Notes: a model not told the origin generated them from the letters alone. A stretch of DNA of 64,000 bases from Candidatus Marinacidobacterales bacterium (GCA_965219415.1 CBDCNP010000002.1:4576001-4640000); one strand, 5' to 3'. Positions 1 through 10,246 are shown, counted from the first letter of the stretch. Numbers and translations: made by a program.

Positions 1-615
1 GGTGATGACCTCACGGTGGCGAAGCGTGAAGGCGGCACGCCACTGCTCGCGCCACGCGTTGGCGTCACCGTCGTTTTTGGGCCAGGCGAGGTGCTCGGTT
101 AGCTCCGTGGCAACGGCGTCGAGGTGCAACGCGGTGTCGCGGTTGTCCCAGCCGAGCACCTTGAGGGTCGGCAGGTCGTGGCCGTACGTGGGCGTCGAGA
201 AGTGGGCGAAGCTGATCTGTCGCTCGTCACCCACGCCGTAGTTGGAGATGAAGAGCAGATCATCCTTGGCCCAGGCGGTCCGCTCGGCGCTGTTGGCGGA
301 GGCACGCTTCTTGAGTGCCACCTGGCTTAAGATGCGGCGTAGCGCCACGACGGGGAGCTTCTTCGGCTCGAACTTGACGAAGAAGATGCCCCAGGGCTGG
401 CGCGGCGAGAGGGGGCGTAGGCGCTTGATACTCTCGATTTTGGCCGCGGTCTTCGGGTCGATGCCGAGCTCATCGGCGGTGAAGTCGTAGAACAGATCGT
501 CCACGTCCTCGAACGAGTCCCGCGCAATCGGCCAGCCCATCTCGTCGCGCAGGTAGGCGATGAGCTGGTCGAAGCGCTTGATGCTCGCGAGGGCGCTACG
601 GTGGTCGGTCGGCAT
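1..615 (-). CDS. 5' part of a large DNA methylase / type IIG-like restriction-modification protein (runs off the window)
   Basis: Own translation MPTDHRSALASIKRFDQLIAYLRDEMGWPI...WGIFFVKFEPKKLPVVALRRIL; starts 4 bp after the helicase stop. N-terminus resembles methylases paired with PLD-helicases; catalytic motifs lie outside the window. Confidence 0.6.
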   Translation of the reverse strand, partial: MPTDHRSALASIKRFDQLIAYLRDEMGWPIARDSFEDVDDLFYDFTADELGIDPKTAAKIESIKRLRPLSPRQPWGIFFVKFEPKKLPVVALRRILSQVALKKRASANSAERTAWAKDDLLFISNYGVGDERQISFAHFSTPTYGHDLPTLKVLGWDNRDTALHLDAVATELTEHLAWPKNDGDANAWREQWRAAFTLRHREVIT

Positions 616-619
616 CGAC

Positions 620-3600
620 TCAGCCCTCGTTGAGTTCCATCCAGCACTTGAGCAACGGCTTCACGCCCACTGGGGCGTCGACACGCTTGAGATAGCTGTT
701 CTTGATGTGTTTCTCGATCGTGGTCCGAATCTCGACCAGGGTCTTCTCCTCGATGGTGCACTGGCGCGGCGTCTCGGATGTGGACCGGATGCTGCCAGCG
801 ATCTCGCCCGGATCTTCGAGAATCGCGCCGCGGTCGAGGTCATAGAGGTACCAGCGGGTCGTGCCCGCCTCCTCGGTGAACTCGCCCGTCTCCTTGTCGA
901 GGGCGGGAAGCGTGTAGCAGAAGAACACGCCGCGCGCCCCTTGGGCCACGCGCTTACGGCCGCTGAAGGTGGCGCCGGGCAGGCGCTTGATGCGCGCCTC
1001 CAGCTCGGGGTCGGCCTGAAGCAGCGCCTGGTACTCGAGGTGCATGTCTTCGACCGCGGTCTTGGTGCCCTCGTAGGTGTGATTGAACTCTTTGAGCGCG
1101 GCGAAGTTGTCCTGGGGAGTCAGGAGCTTTTTTCCCTCGATCCCGAGCGTTGTCGAGATCAGCAGCGTCTTCTGCGTGACCTTGGTGTAGAGCGTGAGGA
1201 TCGCGTTCAGCTCGGCGGGCGGCAGGAAGTTCCAGAAGCTCACCGTCCCCCGGGAGCCGGTGACCTCCGGGTGGTCGGCGACCAGTCGTTTCTCGATTTC
1301 CGGATTCATGCGCCGATCCACGCGGCCGATGCGCTGCATCAGACGAACCGGGTTCCAGTGGATGTCGTAGTTGATCATTCGCGACGCGTCCTGGAGGTTC
1401 AGGCCCTCGGACAGGACGTCCGTGGAAATGAGGACGCGGATCTCCGTGCGGCCTTTCTCCGCGAGCTCTGCCGAGGAGAGGCCGTTGTAGTAGGGCGAGA
1501 AGCGCTGGATGACGTCGGCGCGGTTGCCTTTGGAGGCGCTGTCGACCTGGGCGACGCCGTCAATGCCGGCTTGATCGAGTTGGCGCCTCAGGTAGCGGGC
1601 AGTGTCGGCGAACTCGGTGAAGATGAGGACCTTCTGGTCGGCAAGTTCTTTCGCCTTGAGCAGCCGGCTGAGCTTCTGGAGCTTATCGTCGTGCTTGGGC
1701 TCGAACTTCCGGGCCTCGGCAGTGAAGTGCGCAAGCTGGTCGAGATCACGAAAAGTTTCCGTGATCATGGCTGGTACATCAAACTGCTTTCTGTCCAGCC
1801 TTTTAACAGCGTTTAGCATCTCCGGGGGAACGATGTCTTCGTCCTCCGACTCGTCTCCGTCCTGACCCCAGAACTCGAGTTGCCGACTACGTGCGTAGCC
1901 AAGGATCTCAGCGTTGTCGGATTTCCAGTGCTCAAGCTTCTTCTTCTCCGCAGCGGTCTCGCTGTGAACCTCGAGGAAGGCCAGAAGCTTCCGGAGCAGC
2001 CGGTCGCAGGAGAGTTCGAACGCGACAACGGAGCTTTCGAAGCGCTTGAGGAAGTTCGTACGGATCAGGCCAACGACTTGCTTCTGCCGGTTCTGTTCGA
2101 ACGGATCGATGCTTGTGTCCGGTCCCTTGTACCAGGCGAGTGGGTAGTACATCGGGAGCGCGAACAGCGGGTTCAGCCGCGTGAACGCGTTCTCGAACAT
2201 GTCGAGCAGCCGCCCGTAGGTCTTACGAATGGAGTACGCGGCTACCTGCGGCGGCTTGCGCTCGGGGAAGGCGACCGTCTTCCCCGTCTCGCGGATCTGG
2301 CTTTCGCGCGCGTAGGCGCGGCTGCGCTGCACGACGAGGTGGCGGAAGATCTGGTCGGAGAAGAGGATCTCATGCGTCTCGGTCAACTGTTCGGAGACAT
2401 CGGTCAGGTCGTGTCCGACTCGATTACGCAGGGCCTTCTCCATCTGGTTGAAGTGCGCGCGCAGGTTGTTGACGCCCAACGTGCGGGCGAAGTACGTCTC
2501 GTCCCGGCGCGTGAACAGCTCGGCCATGTGCCGAAAGTCGCTCAGCCGGTTGTTGATCGGCGTGGCGGTGAGCATGAAAAGGGTTTTGGGCCGCTTCGCG
2601 TTGTCGAGCAGGTCGTAGAGGCGATAGTAGCGCGACGGCTCCGCGTCCTCATCATCGTCGCCCCGTGTCCCGGGGTTGCGGAAGTGGTGCGCTTCGTCGA
2701 TCACCACGATGTCTGCAAGCTCGGCGATACGTTGGAACCTCTCCGGGAAGTCGCCCTTGCGGCCGAGGTCCGTGTGGCTGAAGACCGCGAGGTTGCTGAA
2801 GTCCGCGTTTCCACCGATGCCGCCGATGTGTGGCAACCACTCGCGCAAGTGCGGTTCCCAGACGCCCTCCTTCGTCGCCTTGGGAGCGAAGAGCACCACG
2901 CGCTTCCCTTCGTGCAGCACCAACCGCTCGATCAGCATCAGGCCGACGAAGGTCTTGCCGAGGCCGACGCCGTCGCACAGGAACGCGCCGCCATGCTGGC
3001 GGGCAATCTTCATGAGCGCCCGGTAGGCCTCTTGCTGATAGCGGTCGACCCGGGAAAACATCTTCGAGCGGGTTTCATCCCACTCGGTCGCAGTCAGCTC
3101 GTGGCCGCGGAAATATTCCTGCAGCGCCTTGGCGTAGACCTCGAACGGCGTGTAGCGGTGCGTGTGGCGCGAGATGGTCTCGACGATCGAGTCAGTGACC
3201 ACGACTGCCTCGTTCCAGTGCGCCTCGAACCACTCCTGAAGTTGGGCAACTTCGCGTGCGCTCTGGACTTGGATGTTGAGCTCGATGTTCTTCGTAAGAC
3301 CAGGTGCGGTGAAGTTGCTCGACCCGACCAGCGCCTGCGAGCCGACCACCTCAAGCTTCGCGTGCGTGATGTACGCCTTGGCGTGGAACTTGTTCTTGTC
3401 GTAGACACGGCACTCGATCTGACCGGAGCGCAGCGCGTCGAGAATCGCCGGGACGCCGTGCAAGAACGGGTTGGTATTCTTGTTCGCCTCAAGGCTCCCG
3501 TCGAGGGTCTGAACCGCGTGCGCCCGCACAGCGTCGAGCAGCGCCGTGCGCGTGCGATACGTCGTCTCGGCGCCCATCAGAATCCGGATGTTGTCAAGTG

Positions 3601-3769
3601 ACTGCCACTGGCCATCGAGGGCGAGCAAGGCGCCGATCTCGAAGTACCCCGTTGCAATATCGAACGCCTTGGCGATGCCGGACCACTCTTCGAGATAGCG
3701 GAGCCCCGTCCAGCCGGAAACGCTGTTGTCGACGATGAAGAGGCCTCGACCTTTGGGGTCAGCGGTCAT
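620..3769 (-). CDS. PLD-nuclease + SNF2-type superfamily 2 helicase fusion
   Basis: 1049 aa; HKD-like FHAKAY...GSSNFT; Walker A DGVGLGKT; DEAH; LTATP; SEGLNLQ; QRIGRVDR. Confidence 0.9.
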   Translation of the reverse strand: MTADPKGRGLFIVDNSVSGWTGLRYLEEWSGIAKAFDIATGYFEIGALLALDGQWQSLDNIRILMGAETTYRTRTALLDAVRAHAVQTLDGSLEANKNTNPFLHGVPAILDALRSGQIECRVYDKNKFHAKAYITHAKLEVVGSQALVGSSNFTAPGLTKNIELNIQVQSAREVAQLQEWFEAHWNEAVVVTDSIVETISRHTHRYTPFEVYAKALQEYFRGHELTATEWDETRSKMFSRVDRYQQEAYRALMKIARQHGGAFLCDGVGLGKTFVGLMLIERLVLHEGKRVVLFAPKATKEGVWEPHLREWLPHIGGIGGNADFSNLAVFSHTDLGRKGDFPERFQRIAELADIVVIDEAHHFRNPGTRGDDDEDAEPSRYYRLYDLLDNAKRPKTLFMLTATPINNRLSDFRHMAELFTRRDETYFARTLGVNNLRAHFNQMEKALRNRVGHDLTDVSEQLTETHEILFSDQIFRHLVVQRSRAYARESQIRETGKTVAFPERKPPQVAAYSIRKTYGRLLDMFENAFTRLNPLFALPMYYPLAWYKGPDTSIDPFEQNRQKQVVGLIRTNFLKRFESSVVAFELSCDRLLRKLLAFLEVHSETAAEKKKLEHWKSDNAEILGYARSRQLEFWGQDGDESEDEDIVPPEMLNAVKRLDRKQFDVPAMITETFRDLDQLAHFTAEARKFEPKHDDKLQKLSRLLKAKELADQKVLIFTEFADTARYLRRQLDQAGIDGVAQVDSASKGNRADVIQRFSPYYNGLSSAELAEKGRTEIRVLISTDVLSEGLNLQDASRMINYDIHWNPVRLMQRIGRVDRRMNPEIEKRLVADHPEVTGSRGTVSFWNFLPPAELNAILTLYTKVTQKTLLISTTLGIEGKKLLTPQDNFAALKEFNHTYEGTKTAVEDMHLEYQALLQADPELEARIKRLPGATFSGRKRVAQGARGVFFCYTLPALDKETGEFTEEAGTTRWYLYDLDRGAILEDPGEIAGSIRSTSETPRQCTIEEKTLVEIRTTIEKHIKNSYLKRVDAPVGVKPLLKCWMELNEG

Positions 3770-3785
3770 CGAGGTCCGTTACCTC

Positions 3786-4214
3786 TCAGAACGTCCGGCG
3801 CGCTGACGGATCGGGGCGTGCCGTTGTCACTCGACCAGATCGGCCGCCGGCATCGACGCGCGACTGACCGCTTCCTGCCACGCCCGGCCTACGCTGCCGG
3901 GTACACCAGGGCTTGACGCACGCGGCGATTCGGTGGCCCACGGCGATTCGGTGGCCCTCGGCGATCTCCGCGCGGCGCATCTCATGGGTCTTTTGCAGGT
4001 TCAGCCAGACCTGCGGCGTCGTCCCGAAATAGCGCGCCAGCCGGACCGCCGTGTTGGCAGCCACGCCCCGTTGCCCGTGCAGGGTCGCCGTGGTCCGATT
4101 CACCGGCGCATCCAGCGCCTTGGACAACGCATTGGCCGACAGCCCGAGCGCCTGGAGTTCGTCACGCAAGATTTCTCCTGGATGCACCAGCCGCATATCG
4201 TTGTTCGCCGTCAT
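3786..4214 (-). CDS. higA: HigA-family antitoxin (XRE HTH), aberrant C-terminal extension
   Basis: HPGEILRDEL...LSKALD...RLARYFGTTPQVWLNLQ signature. Confidence 0.85.
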   Translation of the reverse strand: MTANNDMRLVHPGEILRDELQALGLSANALSKALDAPVNRTTATLHGQRGVAANTAVRLARYFGTTPQVWLNLQKTHEMRRAEIAEGHRIAVGHRIAACVKPWCTRQRRPGVAGSGQSRVDAGGRSGRVTTARPDPSARRTF

Positions 4215-4226
4215 CGGTTCGACCTC

Positions 4227-4332
4227 CTAGTGATAGTCCACGATCTCCATCTCGCCTGGCTCGTCATCTTACCATCGGAAACAAATCCGCCAGTGCGCGT
4301 TGATCCGGATGCTGTACTGTCTGGCCCGATTC
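4227..4332 (-). pseudogene. higB: HigB/RelE toxin 3' remnant with in-frame stop
   Basis: Translates NRARQYSIRINAHWRICFRW*DDEPGEMEIVDYH*, directly upstream of higA; 5' part replaced by an RT fragment. Confidence 0.8.
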
Positions 4333-4590
4333 GTGGACAATGCAAGCCCTCACACGAAGGGGAAATTCCTTTTAAAGATGGACTTCAAAGATTTTTTCCC
4401 TTCGCTGAAGGCGCACGATTTCAGGATGTTTCTTAGGAGAATCCAGTCGGATCTCGATGTGGCGGAGATCGCAGCGCTTTGCCAGATCCTCTTCTGGAGG
4501 CCGAAAGGCACCCGTGATCTGTGCCTGTCTATTGGCGCTCCAACATCCCCGATGCTCTCAAATATCTTGATGATGGAGTTCGATCGTCGT
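4330..4590 (+). pseudogene. Internal fragment of a retron-type reverse transcriptase
   Basis: NASPH...FLLKMDFKDFFPSL...LFW...LSIGAPTSPMLSNILMMEFD = RT motifs 3-4; no YADD, both ends truncated. Confidence 0.8.
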
Positions 4591-5100
4591 CGACCCGTGG
4601 TGAGCCCCAGATCTGGGGCGTGCCGGAGGCGATGTCGGCGATCCGGGTTCCCCGTACGCGCAGGGAAAACACCATCCAGCAACGGGATGCCACGCTCCCG
4701 GCGGAGACCTGGATCCAGGCCCGAGCCGTACCTGGACCAGAACGTGCTAGGCCAGCTACGCTGCGGTAGCCCCAACCTCAATTTTGGGCCTCTCGGGTGG
4801 CCTCTTTTCGGCCGCCGTACAGCCCCGTCAGCGCCTGTCTCCTATTTGGCGCAAACGTGTCCCTCGAAAATAGAGATTAGAGACGAAAACCGAAAATGAG
4901 GCCCGTTGAGCCCTTCTAGCGCGTCTCTGGTGCCACCCAATCCTGCAAAACCCCGCCAACCGCGCGGAAAATCTCATCCGTCTCTGCAGTGCCACAATTG
5001 GCCAGACTGGGTGGCGGATGGTGCAGTTCGGAGCTATCCGGTCTCGCCTGGAAACCATGAGAAACAGGGAATTAACAGGGAATTTGGGCCTTTTTTGTGC
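4579..5100. repeat. Long non-coding repeat, copy 1 (others ~49070-49377, ~59468-59691, ~61036-61350)
   Basis: Shared blocks cctggaccagaacgtgctag, tcgaaaat(a/c)gagattagagacgaa, ctgcagtgccacaattggccagactgggtggcgga. Confidence 0.85.
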
Positions 5101-5862
5101 TGATTTGGGCGTTTTCCCACCTTGTAACTCTTTATATTCCAAATGGTTAGATGGCGATTCCCTGTTCCGAAAGAACAGGGAATTCCAGATGACCGATCAG
5201 GGAATCGCTCTGGACGAACAGGGAATTGAGATGACCGATGAGGGAAATGTCACGAGCAGCGTGTACGGGTTCCATTCGAGTACACGAGCGGCGCCTCATA
5301 CTGTAGCGCGAGCGGCCGGAAGTTAGTTCTCACCCAGGGCGATGTTCCGGAAGGCGGCGTCGCTCAGATGCCAATTCATGCGGCTCGTGACCTCCAGCTC
5401 CGTTCGGATTCCGTAGCTGCACGGTTATACCAAGAACGGTTATATTCGAGCGGCCCCGCTGGGGCCATCATGCGCGAAATCTGGCTACTTGTTGCCCAGA
5501 TGCCCGCCGAATCGGCTGCGATGATGCTACGATCATCCCGTTATGCCCCGAACAACCAGGAAACACCCACCAGACCAGCTCTACATTGAGGTTCGCGCGT
5601 GGTTCCTTGAAATCATCCGCACGGACTGTCCGCAGGTACTCGATGACCGTTGGACGGAGGTTTTTCTGCCAAGGAGGGCGGCCCTGTCACAGACGGCAGC
5701 GGTCGAGGACATCGAGAAGATCGGGATTTGATGGGGCTAGACCGGCGGCCACGCTTGAGACACGTGCTCGACCTGCGCAGCGAGCGCGACCAGGACCGGG
5801 CACTGTTCGACCTCCCCGCCACACCAAAAGATGCCTGATTCGCAACCGAAGGAGTCTTCTAC

Positions 5863-6660
5863 ATGAGCGATGAGCTGAAGCGCGACTATCAGGAGAAGCT
5901 CGGCGAGAAGTTTGGGGCCATCGTTAACGGCGTCTCGTACGATTGGGCGAACGGATTGGTCAGACTCAACGAGTACCGGGCTCTTTTCGGTGACCCGGCC
6001 AATATCGAGTTCATCAATACGTTTAGTGGTCCGTTTATGTCGGAGGTGCAGCAACTTTTCTGGCGCGATCTATTGCTCCACATCACCCGGCTGACCGACC
6101 CTGTCAAGAGCGGAGACAAACAGAACATCACTGTTGGGCAGCTCCGGGGCTTTCGTGGCGACCTGGAGTTGCGTGCTCGGTTCCCGGACGTTTGTGACGA
6201 CCAAGAGTTGCTTGTTCGAGTGGAGTCTTTTGCTGCTACTGCAACTGAAAACGCTAAACCGGCACGTGACTGGCGTAATCAACGTATCAGTCACTCGGAT
6301 CTGAACCTGGCGATCGATCCCGATGCGAAGTCTCTAGATCCGGCTACCCTTGCCTCGATCCAGAGCGTACTCGACGCTGTTCATGCTGCTCTCGATGCCA
6401 TTTCGTCCGCTTTCCTGGACGTTCACATTTCAAATCGCGTTACTACGAGCGAGCCGTGGGCTACGGCGTTCTTGAACTATGCCCAGATGCTTGTGACTGC
6501 GGTTCGGTACGTGGACTCACTCGTAGATCCTTCCGGAAGCGCGTCGGCGAACGACACCGATGTTGCGGCCAATTTTCTTGCCAAGGTTGGCCGTGAACCC
6601 ACCATGGATGAGATTCTCCAAATCATCTACTTGCGCCAAGCTGTTCGCCGGTTCAGCTGA
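5863..6660 (+). CDS. HEPN (AbiU2-like) domain protein
   Basis: 265 aa; LLLHITRLTD helix and RNQRISH HEPN-type RNase motif; RBS aaggag upstream. Confidence 0.7.
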   Translation: MSDELKRDYQEKLGEKFGAIVNGVSYDWANGLVRLNEYRALFGDPANIEFINTFSGPFMSEVQQLFWRDLLLHITRLTDPVKSGDKQNITVGQLRGFRGDLELRARFPDVCDDQELLVRVESFAATATENAKPARDWRNQRISHSDLNLAIDPDAKSLDPATLASIQSVLDAVHAALDAISSAFLDVHISNRVTTSEPWATAFLNYAQMLVTAVRYVDSLVDPSGSASANDTDVAANFLAKVGREPTMDEILQIIYLRQAVRRFS

Positions 6661-6771
6661 CCCTTAGTTCTCCCCTTTCCTGGTTTGGCCTAAAGCCCTT
6701 TCAGGGGTGCTTCCATCGTGTTCTTCGGAAAGCACAAGAAGCGCCGGGCACTCAGTCATCAGAGTATCAGA

Positions 6772-7021
6772 TCAAGCGGCAACCTCCGCGTGTTCGAGAA
6801 CTTCGCTCAGACGTTGGTAGCCGTCGATGCGTCGTAGTTGAATCTGGCCAGAGGCGATAAGCCCAAACAGCAAAGCGACCGCGGACTCCTCGCTGGAGAA
6901 CGACGCTTGGGTTTTCGTCCGGCGTCGAAACTCGCGGTTAAGATTCTCCAGAGCATTGGTCGTTCGAATTGATTTCCACATGGCACGAGGGAATTCATAG
7001 AAGGTCAGCAGCTGATTACCG
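6772..7021 (-). pseudogene. IS256-family transposase 3' fragment
   Basis: LLTFYEFP...IRTTNALENLNREFRRRTK; cut by a CGT terminus at 7022; second remnant at ~38626-38750. Confidence 0.85.
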
Positions 7022-7174
7022 CGTCTGGTCAAAATACTCGAACGCCGAGCGGGTCAGCAGTTTGCACCTTTCCAAGGGCCGGCTGCTTCGTGCCGCGTCG
7101 GCTGGTCTCCGCGGATTTCGAGAACGCCTCCAGAATTCGAGCTTTCGGCTCCGTTCGTATTTTCGGACACGACG
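7022..7174. mobile_element. Mini-element bounded by two CGT-type termini
   Basis: Begins cgtctggtcaaaatactc, ends tattttcggacacgacg. Confidence 0.65.
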
Positions 7175-7419
7175 CGCTCTACGCCTGGATCGCGCCTGAG
7201 GAGAAAGCGAATAGCGGAATTCGAATTGGCCAAACTTCGAATTCATCCAGCGGAGCTTCATGGAAGAGAGGAAGATTCCTCCGCCAGACGGTCCAGTATA
7301 AGGAGCTATCCGAGTCTGGAAACGATGACAGAGAATTGGGGCCAGTTTGAGTCTGATTGGTGGAGGCCAGTGTCGGTTAGCAGCAAGCTGCTCTCCGACA
7401 CTGGGGTTGGATCTGGGGG

Positions 7420-8035
7420 CTCTGGGAAGAGGTCAGTCCAACGGGCTGGCGGCCATCCACAATGGCACGCACGATGTCGGGCGCCAGGAAGGCATAGCGG
7501 ATTGCCTTGCGCACCCGGGACGTTGGGATGGCGTCTTCGGTGGCAATCTCCTCATAGGTCTTGCCCGCTTTGACCCGGTCGAGCCAGGAGACGGCGTTCG
7601 CGATATTGCGCAGCAGGGTGCGGTCGATGGACTTCGGTGAGTTGCCCAGAACGAGCTTAGTCTCGACACCGCGTCGACGTAAGCGGAACGGCGCGTGAAT
7701 ACGGAGTGTATCTTCCCGAATGCGGTCGGGCCCCATGGACGGGCAAGCAGCAAACGCATCGCGGTCGAGCAGGATAGACATCGAGCCGGGGCTGATATCG
7801 ACTCGCCGAATGAGACGGAGCAGGCGGACTTCCGAGCCATTAACGTTACTCTCGGAACACAGCCCGTCCAAAGAACGATGCACCGAGGCGAGCTCTTCCA
7901 TGGTTGGAGTGTGGACCAGCGAGGCCGAGAAGTCCGGTGCTCCCACATGCTGTTGGACAAGGTGCACGACGGTCTGCTCCAGCGTGGGTGCGGACAGGCG
8001 CCAGCCGGAGAGGTCCTTTTGGCCACTGTGTTGCG
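7420..8035 (-). pseudogene. C-terminal fragment of a large serine recombinase (DUF2924-associated type)
   Basis: RLSAPTLEQTV...PFRLRRRGVETKLVL...DRTLLRNIA...AFLAPDIVRAIVDGRQPVGLT. Confidence 0.75.
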
Positions 8036-8100
8036 CGCCGCGGGCGGTGTCGAAGAAACGGATCCGGGAGCGTGCCGAGACGCGGGGTGCAGAGGCGACC

Positions 8101-8970
8101 TCAGAAACCGTGGAGGAGTTTCCCGTACTTGTCGAACAACCGGACGTTGAGCCGATCAACGCAGTCCAATACCTTGCCGATGTACGGATCGTCCAACTGG
8201 ACTCTCGTTGCCCATTTCCGAAAGGGCAGGGTGGCAAACGGGACGATCAAGGAGACGTTGCCAACGCTGACGCGAAGCGGCCGGTGCAGTGGGTAGAACC
8301 CGTGGGTTGGGTCCCCATGCAGGGAGTAGCTGCGGATGTCCTGCCACGAACCGTGAACGGACTCCGAGGGGGCGCCGTATGCGACGTCGTATAGGTTCTC
8401 GCCCATCACGTCCTCGAAGATGTGGCGGAACGTCTGGCCCCCCAGACGCCAACCGTTGGCGATCTGTTGTTCGAAGCTGTTCTCGTCCAACCCCTCCAAG
8501 GCCAGCTTGTCCTTGATCGAGCGTAGGAGCCGCCGCCCAGGCTTGCTGTGATAGTACACGGCCCCGGCAGCGGCTTGTTCGAGGATCTTGAACCTGTTCC
8601 CGTAGGAGCAGCGCCGGTAGTCTTCCATCGTGGATGCGCCCGAACGGAGCAGATAGGTTGCGGTGACGGCGACTTCCATGAGCGATCGTTCGGCGATTAC
8701 CGCGTACTCCGCGCTGTCCTCCTTGTAGATCCAGACGACGAGCTTCAGGAGTTTCCACGTGCGAACGAGCAGACCGAGTATAGGCGCGTCGTCGATGGAG
8801 AAACCCGTCGGATTCCGTTCGACGTTCTTCATGCGGGAGAGGATGTCGAGAATCTCCGCGACGTCCTCGTAAAAGGCCAGTGCCAGCCGGTCCGCCTCCG
8901 GCGTGGAGGCAAGGAACCGCGCCAAGTAGTCGCGCTTGTACTTCGCAAGAATTGCCTGGATTTCGTTCAT
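8101..8970 (-). CDS. DUF5677-like (HEPN-like) protein, paralog 2
   Basis: 289 aa; RSLME...ATYLL...EDYRRCSY...SESVHGSW. Confidence 0.6.
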   Translation of the reverse strand: MNEIQAILAKYKRDYLARFLASTPEADRLALAFYEDVAEILDILSRMKNVERNPTGFSIDDAPILGLLVRTWKLLKLVVWIYKEDSAEYAVIAERSLMEVAVTATYLLRSGASTMEDYRRCSYGNRFKILEQAAAGAVYYHSKPGRRLLRSIKDKLALEGLDENSFEQQIANGWRLGGQTFRHIFEDVMGENLYDVAYGAPSESVHGSWQDIRSYSLHGDPTHGFYPLHRPLRVSVGNVSLIVPFATLPFRKWATRVQLDDPYIGKVLDCVDRLNVRLFDKYGKLLHGF

Positions 8971-9011
8971 GACCGGAAGGTTGCGAGGGATCGCTCATAG
9001 AACGCCGTCGG

Positions 9012-9914
9012 CTAGGCTGAATCGGCGGCCGCGGACCCCTCGGCAGTCGGGCCGTCGTAGAGTTCGTCGAACTTGTAGTAGATCGTACGCGAGTAGACTT
9101 GGATTCGGTCGAGGGTCTGCCGCAGGGACTTGTCCGGCAGTCGAATTCTCTCGATCCAAAGGGCGTACGGGGGCGTCGCGTATCGGACTAACGGCAGTAT
9201 GGCACGGGCGTCTACGCCGACGAACGGCGCGTACGCGGAGAACGTGCCATCGTCGGTCCTCAAGAGGCACCAGTCCATGGATTCGTTCCACGAACCGTGT
9301 ATGGCTTCAGACATCATGCCGTAGACGAACGGGAATTCGTCCGGGCCGGCCACGTCGCCGAAGATATCGTACAGGGACTTCCCCTGGAGGCGCCAGTGAT
9401 TCCGCCTCTGCTGAGCGAAACTGTCCTGGGACAGGTCTTCGAGAGCGAGGTCGTCGAGGGCGGACTGCAGAACGCGCTGACCGGCAGCCGTTCGAAAGAA
9501 CTCGGATCCGCTCTCGCGCTTGCGGAGTATCCTGAGCGTGTCCTTGTACGAACACCGCCGGAAGTCCTCTACGGCCTCGTCTCCCTCGCACAGAAGGTAG
9601 GTGGCGATGATCGCCGATTCGATCAACGGGCGGGAGAACACGGAAAGGTACTCGCCGTTGCCGAGCTCGTAGAACCGGCAGATGAGTCGGAACAGCTTCG
9701 CGACGCGTGTCAGAAGACCGACGACGGGGGCGTCCGAAAGGTTGTACCCGGAAGGGTTCCGGCTTGGGTTGCGCATCAGCGTGAGCAGGCGAAAGGTCTG
9801 AGCTGCATCGCTGCCAAAGGTCAGCGCAAGGCGATTGACTTCGTCGAGCGACTCAAGACGGTCGAGAATTCGGCCTTCCTCGTACTTCAGCCAGATGCGG
9901 TCGATTTCTTGCAT
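9012..9914 (-). CDS. DUF5677-like (HEPN-like) protein, paralog 1
   Basis: RPLIE...ATYLL...EDFRRCSY...SEAIHGSW; collinear with the adjacent ORF. Confidence 0.6.
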   Translation of the reverse strand: MQEIDRIWLKYEEGRILDRLESLDEVNRLALTFGSDAAQTFRLLTLMRNPSRNPSGYNLSDAPVVGLLTRVAKLFRLICRFYELGNGEYLSVFSRPLIESAIIATYLLCEGDEAVEDFRRCSYKDTLRILRKRESGSEFFRTAAGQRVLQSALDDLALEDLSQDSFAQQRRNHWRLQGKSLYDIFGDVAGPDEFPFVYGMMSEAIHGSWNESMDWCLLRTDDGTFSAYAPFVGVDARAILPLVRYATPPYALWIERIRLPDKSLRQTLDRIQVYSRTIYYKFDELYDGPTAEGSAAADSA

Positions 9915-10080
9915 ATGAGGTCTCCCCCGTTGGGAGACGGATTCTGGCAGACACTTCACGAACCGTCAACGAACCGATCTGGATCCCGGTGCTTCTCGTC
10001 GATTCGCGTTGCTCGCGCCCACGGCCATCATGCCAGACCCGTCGATGGCGTTGGGATGCGCGACCAGACGCGACATTTTG

Positions 10081-10246
10081 GGTGCTTGCGCTGTTTGCTG
10101 TTGGTGATGTGTACGTATCCCATTGCAAAAAAAGCGCTTACGCTCTATTTAGCGCGCGGCGAAGGTCGTGAGCGCTATTTTGGCTGTAATTTAATGCAGC
10201 GTAAAGTCTTAGCGTTATCTCACCAACACTTAATAGCGGAAGCACC
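10081..10246. mobile_element. 166-bp MITE with IS1-family-like GGTGCTT(C/G)CGC ends (copies 32790-32955, 34126-34291)
   Basis: Terminal inverted repeats ggtgcttgcgc...gcggaagcacc matching the ends of the IS1-family element at 34406-35605; three similar copies. Confidence 0.8.

Noticed and set aside
560-3601. Long + strand ORFs (418 and 573 aa)
   Set aside because: Antisense shadows of the helicase gene in GC-rich DNA; no recognisable motifs.
4300-4899. Functional retron or diversity-generating retroelement
   Set aside because: The RT lacks the catalytic YxDD region and both ends; no msr-msd or TR/VR pair seen.
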